Positions 1-8,368 of a DNA stretch of 26,060 bases are shown here, in pieces. Made by a program: the position numbers and the translations under genes. The stretch's first letter is position 1. Each line of letters begins with the position of its first letter. This DNA is from Candidatus Brocadiia bacterium. GTDB taxonomy: Bacteria; Planctomycetota; Brocadiia; CAIUPP01. A model generated the notes under the pieces. The model saw only the letters and a list, made by a program, of their open reading frames with translations. It made no database searches and was not told where the DNA came from. The stretch lies in the NCBI GenBank assembly GCA_050015075.1, contig JBEKCB010000043.1, positions 1 through 26,060 on the forward strand, in the 5' to 3' direction.

Positions 1-285
1 GCCCACCTGCGGCAGCAGGAGCGAGGAATGGACGTCGAACGCCGAGAAACTCAGCCCCAGGCGCTGCATCCGTTCGCGGATGCCGCGCGCGTCGGCCGCG
101 CCGGTGTGAATGTGATGATATTCGCTCGCGCCTTTGAGCGAGAGGTGGCTGTTGATGCGCAGGTCGGTCTCGGAGTAGACGTAGGGCTCCACGTACGCGT
201 ATCCCGCATCCCGCGCCGCTTCGAGGCTCTCCTCGAAACTCAGGCCGGCGGACCGCCCGAATTCAAGATTGACGCCCGGGTGCAT
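1..285 (-). CDS. Sugar phosphate isomerase/epimerase family protein (xylose isomerase-like TIM barrel), N-terminal part; runs off the left edge
   Basis: Not in the ORF track. Manual translation from ATG at 285 gives MHPGVNLEFGRSAGLSFEESLEAARDAGYAYVEPY...RMQRLGLSFSAFDVH. The 'SFEESLEAARDAGY..VE' segment is the typical AP_endonuc_2 N-terminus. It starts 3 bp after the upstream gene's stop. Confidence 0.8.
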   Translation of the reverse strand, partial: MHPGVNLEFGRSAGLSFEESLEAARDAGYAYVEPYVYSETDLRINSHLSLKGASEYHHIHTGAADARGIRERMQRLGLSFSAFDVHSSLLLPQVG

Positions 286-288
286 GGA

Positions 289-1311
289 TCAACTCCGCGC
301 GCTGAGGAACGCCGCCTGGTTCGCTTTCAGGAACTCCGGGAAGGCGACGGCCTGGCCGGTCTGCGTGCTCTGCAGGATGGCCTTCTCCACGGCCAGTATG
401 TACGCGGCGTCGCGGACGGTCATGGTCCCGTTCCCGCGGCCGCTGCGGATGCAGTCCACGAGTTCCTTCAGCTCGTCGTAGTGCCCCATGTAGCCGAACG
501 GCCCGCGGTCCATGTCCGGGCCGGCGAAGGACCAGGTGCGCTCGACCGACTGGAGATTCTTCATCAGGTGGCATTCCTTGAAGCGCTTCGCCAGGAACAC
601 GCAGCGGTCCTTGCCGAACAACTGGTAATGGTACTTGGTCATCAGCGCGTTGTAAGCGCGGCCGTGCTGGAGGTAGGTATGGACGCTCTTGTCGGCGAAG
701 GTCAGCACGGCGGAAAAGGAATCCACCGGCAGGTGCGGATCGAGGTCCCACGCCTGCACGCCGGAGGCGTACACGGCGGCCAGCGGCGACTCGTGGAAGA
801 GGTTCACGGCCAGATCAATGTTGTGGCACGCCTGGTTGGTGACGGTATCCGTGCACTGGCAGAAGGAGTAGAGCGGATCGGGGCACATGCGCTTGGCCAT
901 TTTCACCATGGGCGCCAGGCGGTTGCAGGTGCCGTGGATGAACTTGACGCCGGACGCCTCGACGACGCGAACCGTCTCGAGCGCGTCGGACAATTCGACG
1001 GCGATCGGCTTCTCGACGAAAATATGCTTTCCAGCCTTCGCCGCGGCCTGGACGAGCTGCGGGTGAAGGCGCGGTCCCACCTGGATCAGGACGCCGTCAA
1101 TCGTCCGGTCCTCCATGATTCTGCCGGCGTCCGCGGTGGCGTACTCGCCGCCGTGGACTTTGAGGAGCGCCTTGGCCTTGTCTTCGTCAATATCGCAGTA
1201 GGCCACGGTTTTCGCGCCGGGGATCGCCGCCATATTCGGGCAGTGGACCTGGGTCGCCATGCCGCCGCAGCCGATGACGCCGAAACGCAGGGACTTGCTC
1301 TCGCCGGACAT
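289..1311 (-). CDS. Gfo/Idh/MocA family NAD(P)-dependent oxidoreductase
   Basis: Rossmann GVIGCGGMA and the family motif 'AGKHIFVEKP'. Start trimmed to ATG at 1311 (MSGESKSLRF), which has an AAGGAG RBS. Confidence 0.9.
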   Translation of the reverse strand: MSGESKSLRFGVIGCGGMATQVHCPNMAAIPGAKTVAYCDIDEDKAKALLKVHGGEYATADAGRIMEDRTIDGVLIQVGPRLHPQLVQAAAKAGKHIFVEKPIAVELSDALETVRVVEASGVKFIHGTCNRLAPMVKMAKRMCPDPLYSFCQCTDTVTNQACHNIDLAVNLFHESPLAAVYASGVQAWDLDPHLPVDSFSAVLTFADKSVHTYLQHGRAYNALMTKYHYQLFGKDRCVFLAKRFKECHLMKNLQSVERTWSFAGPDMDRGPFGYMGHYDELKELVDCIRSGRGNGTMTVRDAAYILAVEKAILQSTQTGQAVAFPEFLKANQAAFLSARS

Positions 1312-1328
1312 GCCCGCCGCTCCTTTTT

Positions 1329-2180
1329 CTATTTTGCGTTCGACGCGCGTCGCGCGGGCGACTGGGCCGCGGCCAGTTGCGCCTTGAAGAACCGGACGTC
1401 GCGGCGCATCGTCTCCATGAACGCCTCGGGCGCGACCTGGAATTCGCAATGCACGGAGAGCGGCCCGTCGTACCCGATGCGGACCAATTCATCTAAGACC
1501 GTCGTCCAATCCACCAGGCCCTCGCCGCCCGGGACGAACTCCGCCACGCACGAGCCGTGATCATTTTTCGGCTTCCGTGTGAGGCTGACGTCCTTCAGGG
1601 CCACGATGCTCAACTGGCTCCGGACCATGGCCAGGCCCGTCCGGAACTCTTCGCCCTCGATCGCCATGTGGCCGGGGTCAATGTAGGCGCCGATGTACTG
1701 CGGGTCGAACCCGTGGATCAGGTGCGCCAGCGCGGCGCAGTTCAACCCCATGCAGCGCACGGAGTGCGTGTGATAGCAGATCCGCACGCCATATCGCCGG
1801 CCGAGCGCCTGCCATCCTTCGAACAGGCGCCGGATGCGGTCCACTTCCTTCCAGTAATCCTGCTTGATCGGATCGAAGGCGAAGTAGCCGAGCTTGATCA
1901 GGCGCACGTCGGCCTTGTCCATGGCGGCGAGGATCGGCTCCGCCGTCGGGTGGTCCGGCGACAGCAGGTCGAAGTTCCCGGTGACCATCGGAATGGCCAG
2001 CCCGGCGCGCTGCATCGTCCGGACCATCTCCGACAGCGCCTGCGCGGCGTTTTCGGGATTGACCGGGTAGCCTGGACGCACGCACAGGTCGAATCCCTCG
2101 ACTCCCGACTCGGCGGCCAGCGCGGTCAACTCGTCGGGCGACTTGTCCTTGAACATTTTCGAGAAAAGGATGACGCGCAC
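1329..2180 (-). CDS. Sugar phosphate isomerase/epimerase family protein (TIM barrel)
   Basis: GFDLCVRPG, YHTHS, YIDPGH, ALKD, GEGLVDW and GYDGPLSVHCEF motifs; GTG start with a GAGGA RBS. Confidence 0.88.
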   Translation of the reverse strand: MRVILFSKMFKDKSPDELTALAAESGVEGFDLCVRPGYPVNPENAAQALSEMVRTMQRAGLAIPMVTGNFDLLSPDHPTAEPILAAMDKADVRLIKLGYFAFDPIKQDYWKEVDRIRRLFEGWQALGRRYGVRICYHTHSVRCMGLNCAALAHLIHGFDPQYIGAYIDPGHMAIEGEEFRTGLAMVRSQLSIVALKDVSLTRKPKNDHGSCVAEFVPGGEGLVDWTTVLDELVRIGYDGPLSVHCEFQVAPEAFMETMRRDVRFFKAQLAAAQSPARRASNAK

Positions 2181-2243
2181 GGTGTCCTCGCTTTCTTTCA
2201 GGGTGACGCGGTCAGGACTTCTGCATGTTGCTTTCGGGACACG

Positions 2244-2272
2244 ATACTAGGCAGATCGCACAGGGAAATCAA
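2244..2272 (-). promoter_or_regulatory. Putative sigma-70 promoter for the TIM barrel/oxidoreductase operon
   Basis: TTGATT-N17-TAGTAT on the minus strand, about 64 bp upstream of the GTG at 2180. Confidence 0.5.
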
Positions 2273-2299
2273 GCTTGAACAGCTCGTTGAAGAGGTGCG

Positions 2300-2382
2300 G
2301 CAGACGCCCCTCGCGTCTGCGGGCGCGCCGCTTGTAGTGGCGCCGTCAGGCGCTCATTCGGATGCCCTGACGGGCACACTAC
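2300..2382. repeat. Hairpin (2300-2320) plus a GTAG...CTAC REP-like palindromic element (2334-2382)
   Basis: gcagacgc/gcgtctgc forms an 8-bp stem. gtagtg-gcg-ccgtcagg...cctgacgg-gca-cactac forms a nested inverted repeat that overlaps the stop codon of the enolase-family gene. Confidence 0.55.
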
Positions 2383-3788
2383 GAGCAACGGAAAGCGACG
2401 GCCGGAACGGGCAGCGGCCGCTGGATCCGCTCCACCTCGTAGCCGAACCCCGCGCCGCGGAGAGTGCTCAAATCCACTTCGCCTCCGCGCCGCCGATACA
2501 GGCCGGGATGGACCTCCGCTTCGGGACGCGAGGCCTCGGGATAGAACTGCATCGCGTTGGTCTCGACGCCCATGATGGTCCCGGCATGCGCGGCGAGGAG
2601 CACGTGCGGAACCTGCGCCAGCATCGGGTTGGTCAGGTCCTGCACCATCAGCGTCATGCCGTGCGCCCTGGCCCAGCACAGGCTCAGCAGCGCGCCGGTC
2701 TGCGTCTTGCACGTCTTCAGGGCGACGCCGCTCCAGCCGAGCGCGCGTCCCAGGGCGACCATGCGCCAGTCGTGCGCGCTCTCGTCCATGAAAAGCGGCT
2801 TGCGCGCCGAGACGCTGTGCACGTCAATCCGGTTGGCCTCCAAGTCGTACGGAAAGGGCTGCTCGACGTACAGGATCATGCCGTAGATGCGCGGCTGCTC
2901 GCGGAGCAGGCGGTCCAGAATCTCGTTCACGTAAGCGGGTTCCGTGACGGTGCAATTGAAATCCGCCGTCAGCCAATCGCTCCCGCACTCCATCGCGATC
3001 CGGCCCACTTGCAAGAGGCGCTGGAAGTCCCAGGCCGGATCGTTGCCGCGGAGCTTGACCTTCAGGCACTTGAGGCCGTCGCGCCGGATCCAGTCGGGCA
3101 GAAGGACCGGGTAGCCGTCATCCGGTTCCGAGCCGGTCATCTCGGATTTGTCGAGCAAGTCCTTACCGCCGACCAGGTGCCAGGCCGGCAGATGGTCGGG
3201 CCTGGGCCGGACGAGGAAATCCTCGGGGTACTTGCCCTCGAAAGAGAGCTTAGCTTCCTCATCCGGCTTGAGGAATTGCGCCAGGTCGCGGTTCATGAAG
3301 CGCCGGTTGTACGTCTGATAAACGGGAACCCGATGAAGCATTCCGTACGCGTCGTGGAGCGCGATGTCGAACGCGGAGCAGCAGACCAGCGCGGCCAGCC
3401 AGGGCATCGGCTCGCGGCCCGCTCGCGCGCGGTTAAACTCGCCGAAGAGGTCGCGCAACGGCCCTTCCTGGAAGGCGTATCCGATTTCCAGAGGATGCCC
3501 CGCAGCGGGAAAGCTCTTCCATCGCTGCGCAAGCCGGATGGAGAACTCCTTCAGGGCGGCATGGCGCTCCTCATAAGAGAGCGCGCCGGGCCAGACCCAC
3601 TGAACGCTCAGCGGAGTCTCGCCGAACCCTTTCGCCGAACCGCCTGCGGAATCCTGGACGGCCACACACGCCCGCGCGCAGGTGACCGACGTGAGCGTTT
3701 CCGGGCCGAACTTCAGCGGCACGCGCGTCGTGACGGGGATGAAGTACAAAGACGCATCGCTCGCGCGCACATCCGTATGCTTTCCCAT
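2379..3788 (-). CDS. Enolase-superfamily enzyme (mandelate racemase/muconate lactonizing enzyme-like)
   Basis: KVK (KxK) motif, metal ligands in ADFN, EQP and MDES, and ALKTCK. Start placed at ATG 3788 (MGKHTDVRA); 3818 is an alternative. Confidence 0.82.
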   Translation of the reverse strand: MGKHTDVRASDASLYFIPVTTRVPLKFGPETLTSVTCARACVAVQDSAGGSAKGFGETPLSVQWVWPGALSYEERHAALKEFSIRLAQRWKSFPAAGHPLEIGYAFQEGPLRDLFGEFNRARAGREPMPWLAALVCCSAFDIALHDAYGMLHRVPVYQTYNRRFMNRDLAQFLKPDEEAKLSFEGKYPEDFLVRPRPDHLPAWHLVGGKDLLDKSEMTGSEPDDGYPVLLPDWIRRDGLKCLKVKLRGNDPAWDFQRLLQVGRIAMECGSDWLTADFNCTVTEPAYVNEILDRLLREQPRIYGMILYVEQPFPYDLEANRIDVHSVSARKPLFMDESAHDWRMVALGRALGWSGVALKTCKTQTGALLSLCWARAHGMTLMVQDLTNPMLAQVPHVLLAAHAGTIMGVETNAMQFYPEASRPEAEVHPGLYRRRGGEVDLSTLRGAGFGYEVERIQRPLPVPAVAFRCS

Positions 3789-3842
3789 CAAGGCGCTCTC
3801 TTTCCTGACTCCATCCACCTGGCCCCATCCGGGGAAAAGAGG

Positions 3843-3871
3843 ACTTTATCACTGAAAGGGCCATTGCACAA
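3843..3871 (-). promoter_or_regulatory. Putative sigma-70 (extended -10) promoter for the enolase-family gene
   Basis: TTGTGC-N17-TAAAGT, with TGn directly before the -10 hexamer. Confidence 0.4.
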
Positions 3872-3982
3872 TCCACAGGAGCGCCGGAATCCGGGCGGGG
3901 GTGCGGATGTTGCACGCCGTTTCGATCATCAGTCTTCTTGGGCGCGCGAGTTTCTGGGCGGCACGTGCAAAGGCTTGGCCGA

Positions 3983-5020
3983 TCACTCGGCCAGCTCGCG
4001 CCGGCCTTCTTTCACCGTCGCCGCATCGAGCGGGATGTTGCCCCCGTCGGCAACGACTTGCTGCCCCTCTCGCGAGAGCAGGAACCGCAGGAACTCCGCC
4101 GCCGGGTCGCTGAACGGCCGGCGCGGGGGTTTGTTCACATAGATGTAGAGGAACCGGCTCAGCGGGTACTGATGGCTGCGGATATTCTCGGTTGTGGGGC
4201 CGCAGAAGCGCCCATCGGCCGCGGCCAGCGGAACCACCCGCACTCCCTTGCAGGCGAAGAAGATACTGGCAAATCCGATCGCTCCTGAATTCGCGGCGAC
4301 GCCTTGCACAATCGAGGACCCGCCGCCCTCAACCCGCAATGCCAGCCGAAATTCGCCCCCATTGAGCGCCTGCTGCCGAAAGACCTGGCGGGCGCCATCC
4401 TGAGCGCCGTATCCGTACAGAGTGATCGGGCGATGGGTCCACTCGCCCGTCAGTCCGGCCTGGCCCCATGTCTCAATCGAATTCCCGCCCCGGCGCTGCG
4501 TCCGGGAAAAGATGCCGTCCAACTGCCCAAGCGTCAGCCCGGTTACGGGGTTTTTCTTCTCGACGTAGATTGCCAGGGCATCGGCGGCCACCTTGATCTC
4601 GGTGGGCGGGTAGCCGTACTTTTTCGTGAAACCCTGGATCTCCTCGGGGGCGAGTTCCCGACTCATCGGCACGATGTCCGCGCGGCCATCCAGAAGCGCC
4701 GAGGGGCCGATGCTCGTCAGGCTGGCCGTGATCTCCAGCGTCACATCCGGATAGATTTGACGAAACTCGGCCGCGAGGCGGGCCACGAGATTGGTGGTCG
4801 TGGATTCGCCGATGCTGGTAATCTTCCCCGTGAGAGCCGCTACGGGCACGTACGGCGGCAGGGCGTCAGACAAGGTGCTCGCGCCGCCCGCAGCCGCTTC
4901 GGCGCCCGGCGGGGTTCCGGCGATCCTGTCGGCAATCCGGCCGCGTTCCGGCGCTCCGGAACAGCCTGCCGCGAGCGCACCGATGAGAGCCGTGGTCAGC
5001 GCCAGGAGCAGTCGTTTCAT
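3983..5020 (-). CDS. PstS-family (type 2 periplasmic binding protein) lipoprotein; divergent and orphan
   Basis: Lipobox LAAGC. PMSRE, KYGYPP, VAADALAIYV..KNP, TWG..GL.G.W and YPLSRFLYIYVNK match PstS-family scaffolds. No pstCAB nearby. Confidence 0.85.
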   Translation of the reverse strand: MKRLLLALTTALIGALAAGCSGAPERGRIADRIAGTPPGAEAAAGGASTLSDALPPYVPVAALTGKITSIGESTTTNLVARLAAEFRQIYPDVTLEITASLTSIGPSALLDGRADIVPMSRELAPEEIQGFTKKYGYPPTEIKVAADALAIYVEKKNPVTGLTLGQLDGIFSRTQRRGGNSIETWGQAGLTGEWTHRPITLYGYGAQDGARQVFRQQALNGGEFRLALRVEGGGSSIVQGVAANSGAIGFASIFFACKGVRVVPLAAADGRFCGPTTENIRSHQYPLSRFLYIYVNKPPRRPFSDPAAEFLRFLLSREGQQVVADGGNIPLDAATVKEGRRELAE

Positions 5021-6507
5021 TTGTGCAACCCCTCTCGACCCGCGCCGTTCGAGTCCGCTTTCCGGCGGCCCCCGTGGTCCACGGTGTGGTCAACGAGCGC
5101 TGCCGCATTGCTCGCCACCCTCATGAGGAGCCGGCGCATCAGTATGAAGGCGGTCGCCAGGCAGATGACGAGCATCACGAACAGGATGCCGAGGGCCGCG
5201 TAGGCTCGCCAGAAGAAATCGTTCACGACCTGCCGGCTCTGCTCGACCGCCTTCTTGACCCGCTCGTCGGCCGCCTCGTTCACCTGCTGAACCCGGCGGT
5301 TCCATTCCGACGAGCCGAGCAGTGCGTTCGACGACTTGAGGACATCGTTCACCTTATCCGCACTGACCGCCAGTTCCTTTATGCCCTCCGTGTACTCGCG
5401 GATGTCGAAGAGGCGTGACCCCGCGCCGGTGCTCCAGCGGTCCCACGAGTCGAACCGGGCAAAGAGGGTGTCTGCCGTCTTGAGCGCTTCTTTGAGCGAA
5501 TCGTCGGCCGGTCCCAGGGCGGCGGCAAGCTGGTTCGCCTCGCTCAGGGCGGCCCTCATATTGGCGACGGTCGTGTCCGCCCGTTTCATCCGCTCGTCCA
5601 GCGCGGCGAGCAGGGCTTGCCGCTCGGCGGCGACGTTCTTCGGCAGTTGCTCGACCTGGTCGGTCAGGCGATGCACGTCCGCGAGGGCCTTGCCGACTTC
5701 GGGGGTGGCGAGCGCCGTATCCTGCAGCGCCTCGGCCTCCCAACGCAGCAGGGTGGGCCCGCGCTTGAGTTGGTAGAACATCCGCTCGGTGAGCAGGCGG
5801 GCCTCCTCGATGGCCTGACCTTCCCGGCCCACGTTGCCGAACAACCCGCCGGCCGCGAGCACCTCGGCGTCGGCGGACCTGCCGCGGCCGATGGCGAAGT
5901 TGGAGAAGCGGACGAAGTACACTTGCGCCATGTCGGGGTTGTGGCGCCGCCAGTCCCAGAGCAGGTAGTCCAGCAGGTCGAGCTGGTCGGGCCGGAGCAC
6001 CTGGGCAGCGAGAGCCCAGGCTTCCACTCGGCCGTGGTGCAGGGCTCGGACCAGTACCTCGGCCCGGTCCCCGAAGACCTCCGTCGCGCGGTCGTCGTCA
6101 ATCCACACCTGGCTGATCAATGTGGTGACCACCGTCAGGTCAAGCACCCGCGTGAACGCGTCGGCGTTGCTGGCAATGTCGTAGACGTTCGTGGCGCCAT
6201 TGACCAGCAACTCCTGCGCTTCGCGGCGCTGAACCGGGTCGGGATTATCCTTCTTCAGGGCGTCGCAGGCGGAAGCGAGCAGGCCGGCGTAGCGATCGGC
6301 GAAAGCCCGTGTCAACTCGTCGAGTTCCGCCGACCTGATGGTGGGACCCCCTGAGGCCGGGCCGCCTTTCGCCGAGCCCGTGTTTGCCGGGCCGACCTGG
6401 CGCGGCGTGTCCTTCGTCGCGCCGCCCGGCGACAAGAAGCACCCCCCGCAAACAAACGCCATAAGCCAAACCGCCAACAGCGTGCGCAGCCGCAGGTTCA
6501 CGGACAT
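5017..6507 (-). CDS. Uncharacterized lipoprotein with a long helical/coiled-coil body and a C-terminal TM helix
   Basis: Signal peptide ending VCGGC, heptad-like helical middle region, and TM 'AYAALGILFVMLVICLATAFILM'. It overlaps the PstS-like gene by 4 bp. Confidence 0.8.
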   Translation of the reverse strand: MSVNLRLRTLLAVWLMAFVCGGCFLSPGGATKDTPRQVGPANTGSAKGGPASGGPTIRSAELDELTRAFADRYAGLLASACDALKKDNPDPVQRREAQELLVNGATNVYDIASNADAFTRVLDLTVVTTLISQVWIDDDRATEVFGDRAEVLVRALHHGRVEAWALAAQVLRPDQLDLLDYLLWDWRRHNPDMAQVYFVRFSNFAIGRGRSADAEVLAAGGLFGNVGREGQAIEEARLLTERMFYQLKRGPTLLRWEAEALQDTALATPEVGKALADVHRLTDQVEQLPKNVAAERQALLAALDERMKRADTTVANMRAALSEANQLAAALGPADDSLKEALKTADTLFARFDSWDRWSTGAGSRLFDIREYTEGIKELAVSADKVNDVLKSSNALLGSSEWNRRVQQVNEAADERVKKAVEQSRQVVNDFFWRAYAALGILFVMLVICLATAFILMRRLLMRVASNAAALVDHTVDHGGRRKADSNGAGREGLHK

Positions 6508-6521
6508 TCCCCCAACCGTCC

Positions 6522-8000
6522 TCAGGCGTCAAGCCTTTCCACACGAAGCCGCCGGAAGTCCTCTTTGCGCAGGCCGAACTGTTTCATTTTTTCGTAGAGC
6601 GATCGTTCCTGAATCCCGGCCCGCTTGGCGGCTTCGCCGATACGGCCGCCCGTGGCGAGCAGAACTCCCTCGATATACTGCCGCTCCAGGTCGGAGAGGA
6701 ACGCGTCGCGCGCCTCGCGCAGCGGCCTGGCGAGCCATGTCTCCGGCAGTTGCAGGCGATGCGCCGAACCCGGCGCCGGAACCGTGGCCGGCGATGGCGC
6801 CGCCCGTTCGGCTTCGCGCGGGGTGGCCGTCCGCGCGATGGATTCCGGCAGGTTGTCCAGGGATATCTCCGTATCGTCGCACAGCAGGATGGCGCGCTCG
6901 AGCACGTTGTTCAGTTCGCGCACATTGCCGGGCCATGGATACCGGCACAGCGCCTGCATGGCCTGCGCGTTGATCCCCGTGATGTGCCGGCCCGTTTGTC
7001 GGGCGAGATAGCGGATCTGCTTTTCGACCAGGAGTGGAATATCCGCCCCGCGCTCGCGCAAAGGCGGGATGGTGATCGTCACGACGCTCAGCCGATGGTA
7101 CAGGTCTCTTCTGAAGCGCCCGGTTTCGACCTCGGGCTCGAGGGGACGGTTGCTGGCCGCCATGACGCGGACGTCCACGCCGAAGGACTTCTCGCTGCCG
7201 ATGGGCTGGATTTCGTGCTCCTGGAGGACGCGCAGCAGCTTCACCTGGAGATGGAGCGGAATCTCCCCGACTTCATCGAGGAACAGCGTGCCGCGATGGG
7301 CGATCTCGAACCACCCGCGGCGCGCCGCCGTGGCGCCGGTGAACGCGCCCCGCACGTGGCCGAAGAGTTCGCTTTCCAGCAACTGCTCCGGCAACGCGCC
7401 GCAGTTCAGCGCGACGAAGCGTCCCGAGGACCGCGGGCCTTCCGCGTGGATGGCGCACGCCAGGCGTTCTTTGCCGACGCCGGTTTCGCCCTCGATGAGC
7501 AAAGCGGTGTCGCTCCGCACCAGGCGCGGCACTACGTTCATGAAGACCGCCATGGCGGAACTCTTCGAGACGAAGTCCGCCAGCCGCGGCTCGGCCAGCG
7601 GCTGCGGGGCGAAAAAGCGCTTCTGCGCCAGCCGGCGGCGCTTCTCCAGCAACTTCTCGATCACGTCGCGCATCTGCTCGGCCGCCAGGCCCGAGAAGAG
7701 GACCGCGTCACAACCCGCCGCCATGAGCCTCGCACGCTCTTTGGGTTCGGCGTTGTCGAAAAGCACAACCGCCGCGGGCGAATCGGGACGGCTCTGCAAC
7801 TCGTCCATCTTGTCTTTCAGCGGATTCGGCAGAAGGGACTGGCTGATGATCAGCACGTCGGCCGACTCCCGAACGATCCAGTCCCAGAGATCCTTCCGCG
7901 CGCGCGGCGCCTGGACCAGGACGTCCGGCCGCGCCAGAATCTCCTGGAGCTGCTGGCGCAGCACGGAATCCTGAACTGCAAGGATAATTCGGATGAGCAT
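6522..8000 (-). CDS. Sigma-54-dependent transcriptional activator (NtrC/Fis-family bEBP) with a degenerate receiver domain
   Basis: Walker A GETGVGKE, ESELFGH, GAFTGA, Walker B LFLDEVGE, RRDLYHRL, WPGNVRELNN and a C-terminal Fis HTH (AAKRAGIQERSLYEKMKQFG). Confidence 0.95.
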   Translation of the reverse strand: MLIRIILAVQDSVLRQQLQEILARPDVLVQAPRARKDLWDWIVRESADVLIISQSLLPNPLKDKMDELQSRPDSPAAVVLFDNAEPKERARLMAAGCDAVLFSGLAAEQMRDVIEKLLEKRRRLAQKRFFAPQPLAEPRLADFVSKSSAMAVFMNVVPRLVRSDTALLIEGETGVGKERLACAIHAEGPRSSGRFVALNCGALPEQLLESELFGHVRGAFTGATAARRGWFEIAHRGTLFLDEVGEIPLHLQVKLLRVLQEHEIQPIGSEKSFGVDVRVMAASNRPLEPEVETGRFRRDLYHRLSVVTITIPPLRERGADIPLLVEKQIRYLARQTGRHITGINAQAMQALCRYPWPGNVRELNNVLERAILLCDDTEISLDNLPESIARTATPREAERAAPSPATVPAPGSAHRLQLPETWLARPLREARDAFLSDLERQYIEGVLLATGGRIGEAAKRAGIQERSLYEKMKQFGLRKEDFRRLRVERLDA

Positions 8001-8048
8001 AGTCCCACGTCCGCAAGAGCCCAGTCAGACCCCATCTTCCCCAACTGC

Positions 8049-8077
8049 ATTATGTTTCCGATTCTTTCGGATGTCAA
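8049..8077 (-). promoter_or_regulatory. Sigma-70 promoter of the activator operon, with a palindrome in its spacer
   Basis: TTGACA (8077-8072)-N17-CATAAT (8054-8049). The spacer contains TCCGA-N5-TCGGA (8057-8071). Confidence 0.7.
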
Positions 8078-8180
8078 GGCCCGATTCCCGGTTCTCCCGC
8101 ACCGGGCCATTCGGCGGAGGGCCGGCGTAACTGCCCGATAACTACGGCGATATGGACGTGTCTCCGTTCCGTTCGTTCTA

Positions 8181-8196
8181 CGGCACGAATATTGCG
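8181..8196 (+). promoter_or_regulatory. Sigma-54 -24/-12 promoter
   Basis: CGGCACG-AATA-TTGCG versus consensus TGGCACG-N4-TTGCW, with exact GG-N10-GC spacing and a divergent bEBP gene adjacent. Confidence 0.75.
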
Positions 8197-8368
8197 AGAG
8201 GCCACCGTTGAACGAGGCGTCATCGAAATCCGCGCAATTCAAAACGCGCAGGAGATTTTCATCTTCGCGCCGGCCAGAATGATTTGCAGACATGCGCCGG
8301 ATAGATAAAAATAGTACGATATCGGTGAGCGATTCAAGGGGACGATAGTTTCGTGGTGAGGAACGCGC

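Noticed and set aside
3910-3970. ttgcacg...cgtgcaa inverted repeat or sigma-54-like GGCACG in the intergenic gap
   Set aside because: The arms are short and widely spaced, and GG-N10-GC spacing is not met.
28-4142. Long plus-strand ORFs 28..1560 (510 aa) and 1557..4142 (861 aa)
   Set aside because: They are antisense shadows of motif-bearing minus-strand genes, have no recognisable domains, and are expected in high-GC DNA.
3983-5020. Naming the gene pstS (and, similarly, naming 8369..9955 hpnP)
   Set aside because: Ligand motifs or genomic context do not support true orthology, so only family-level calls are made.
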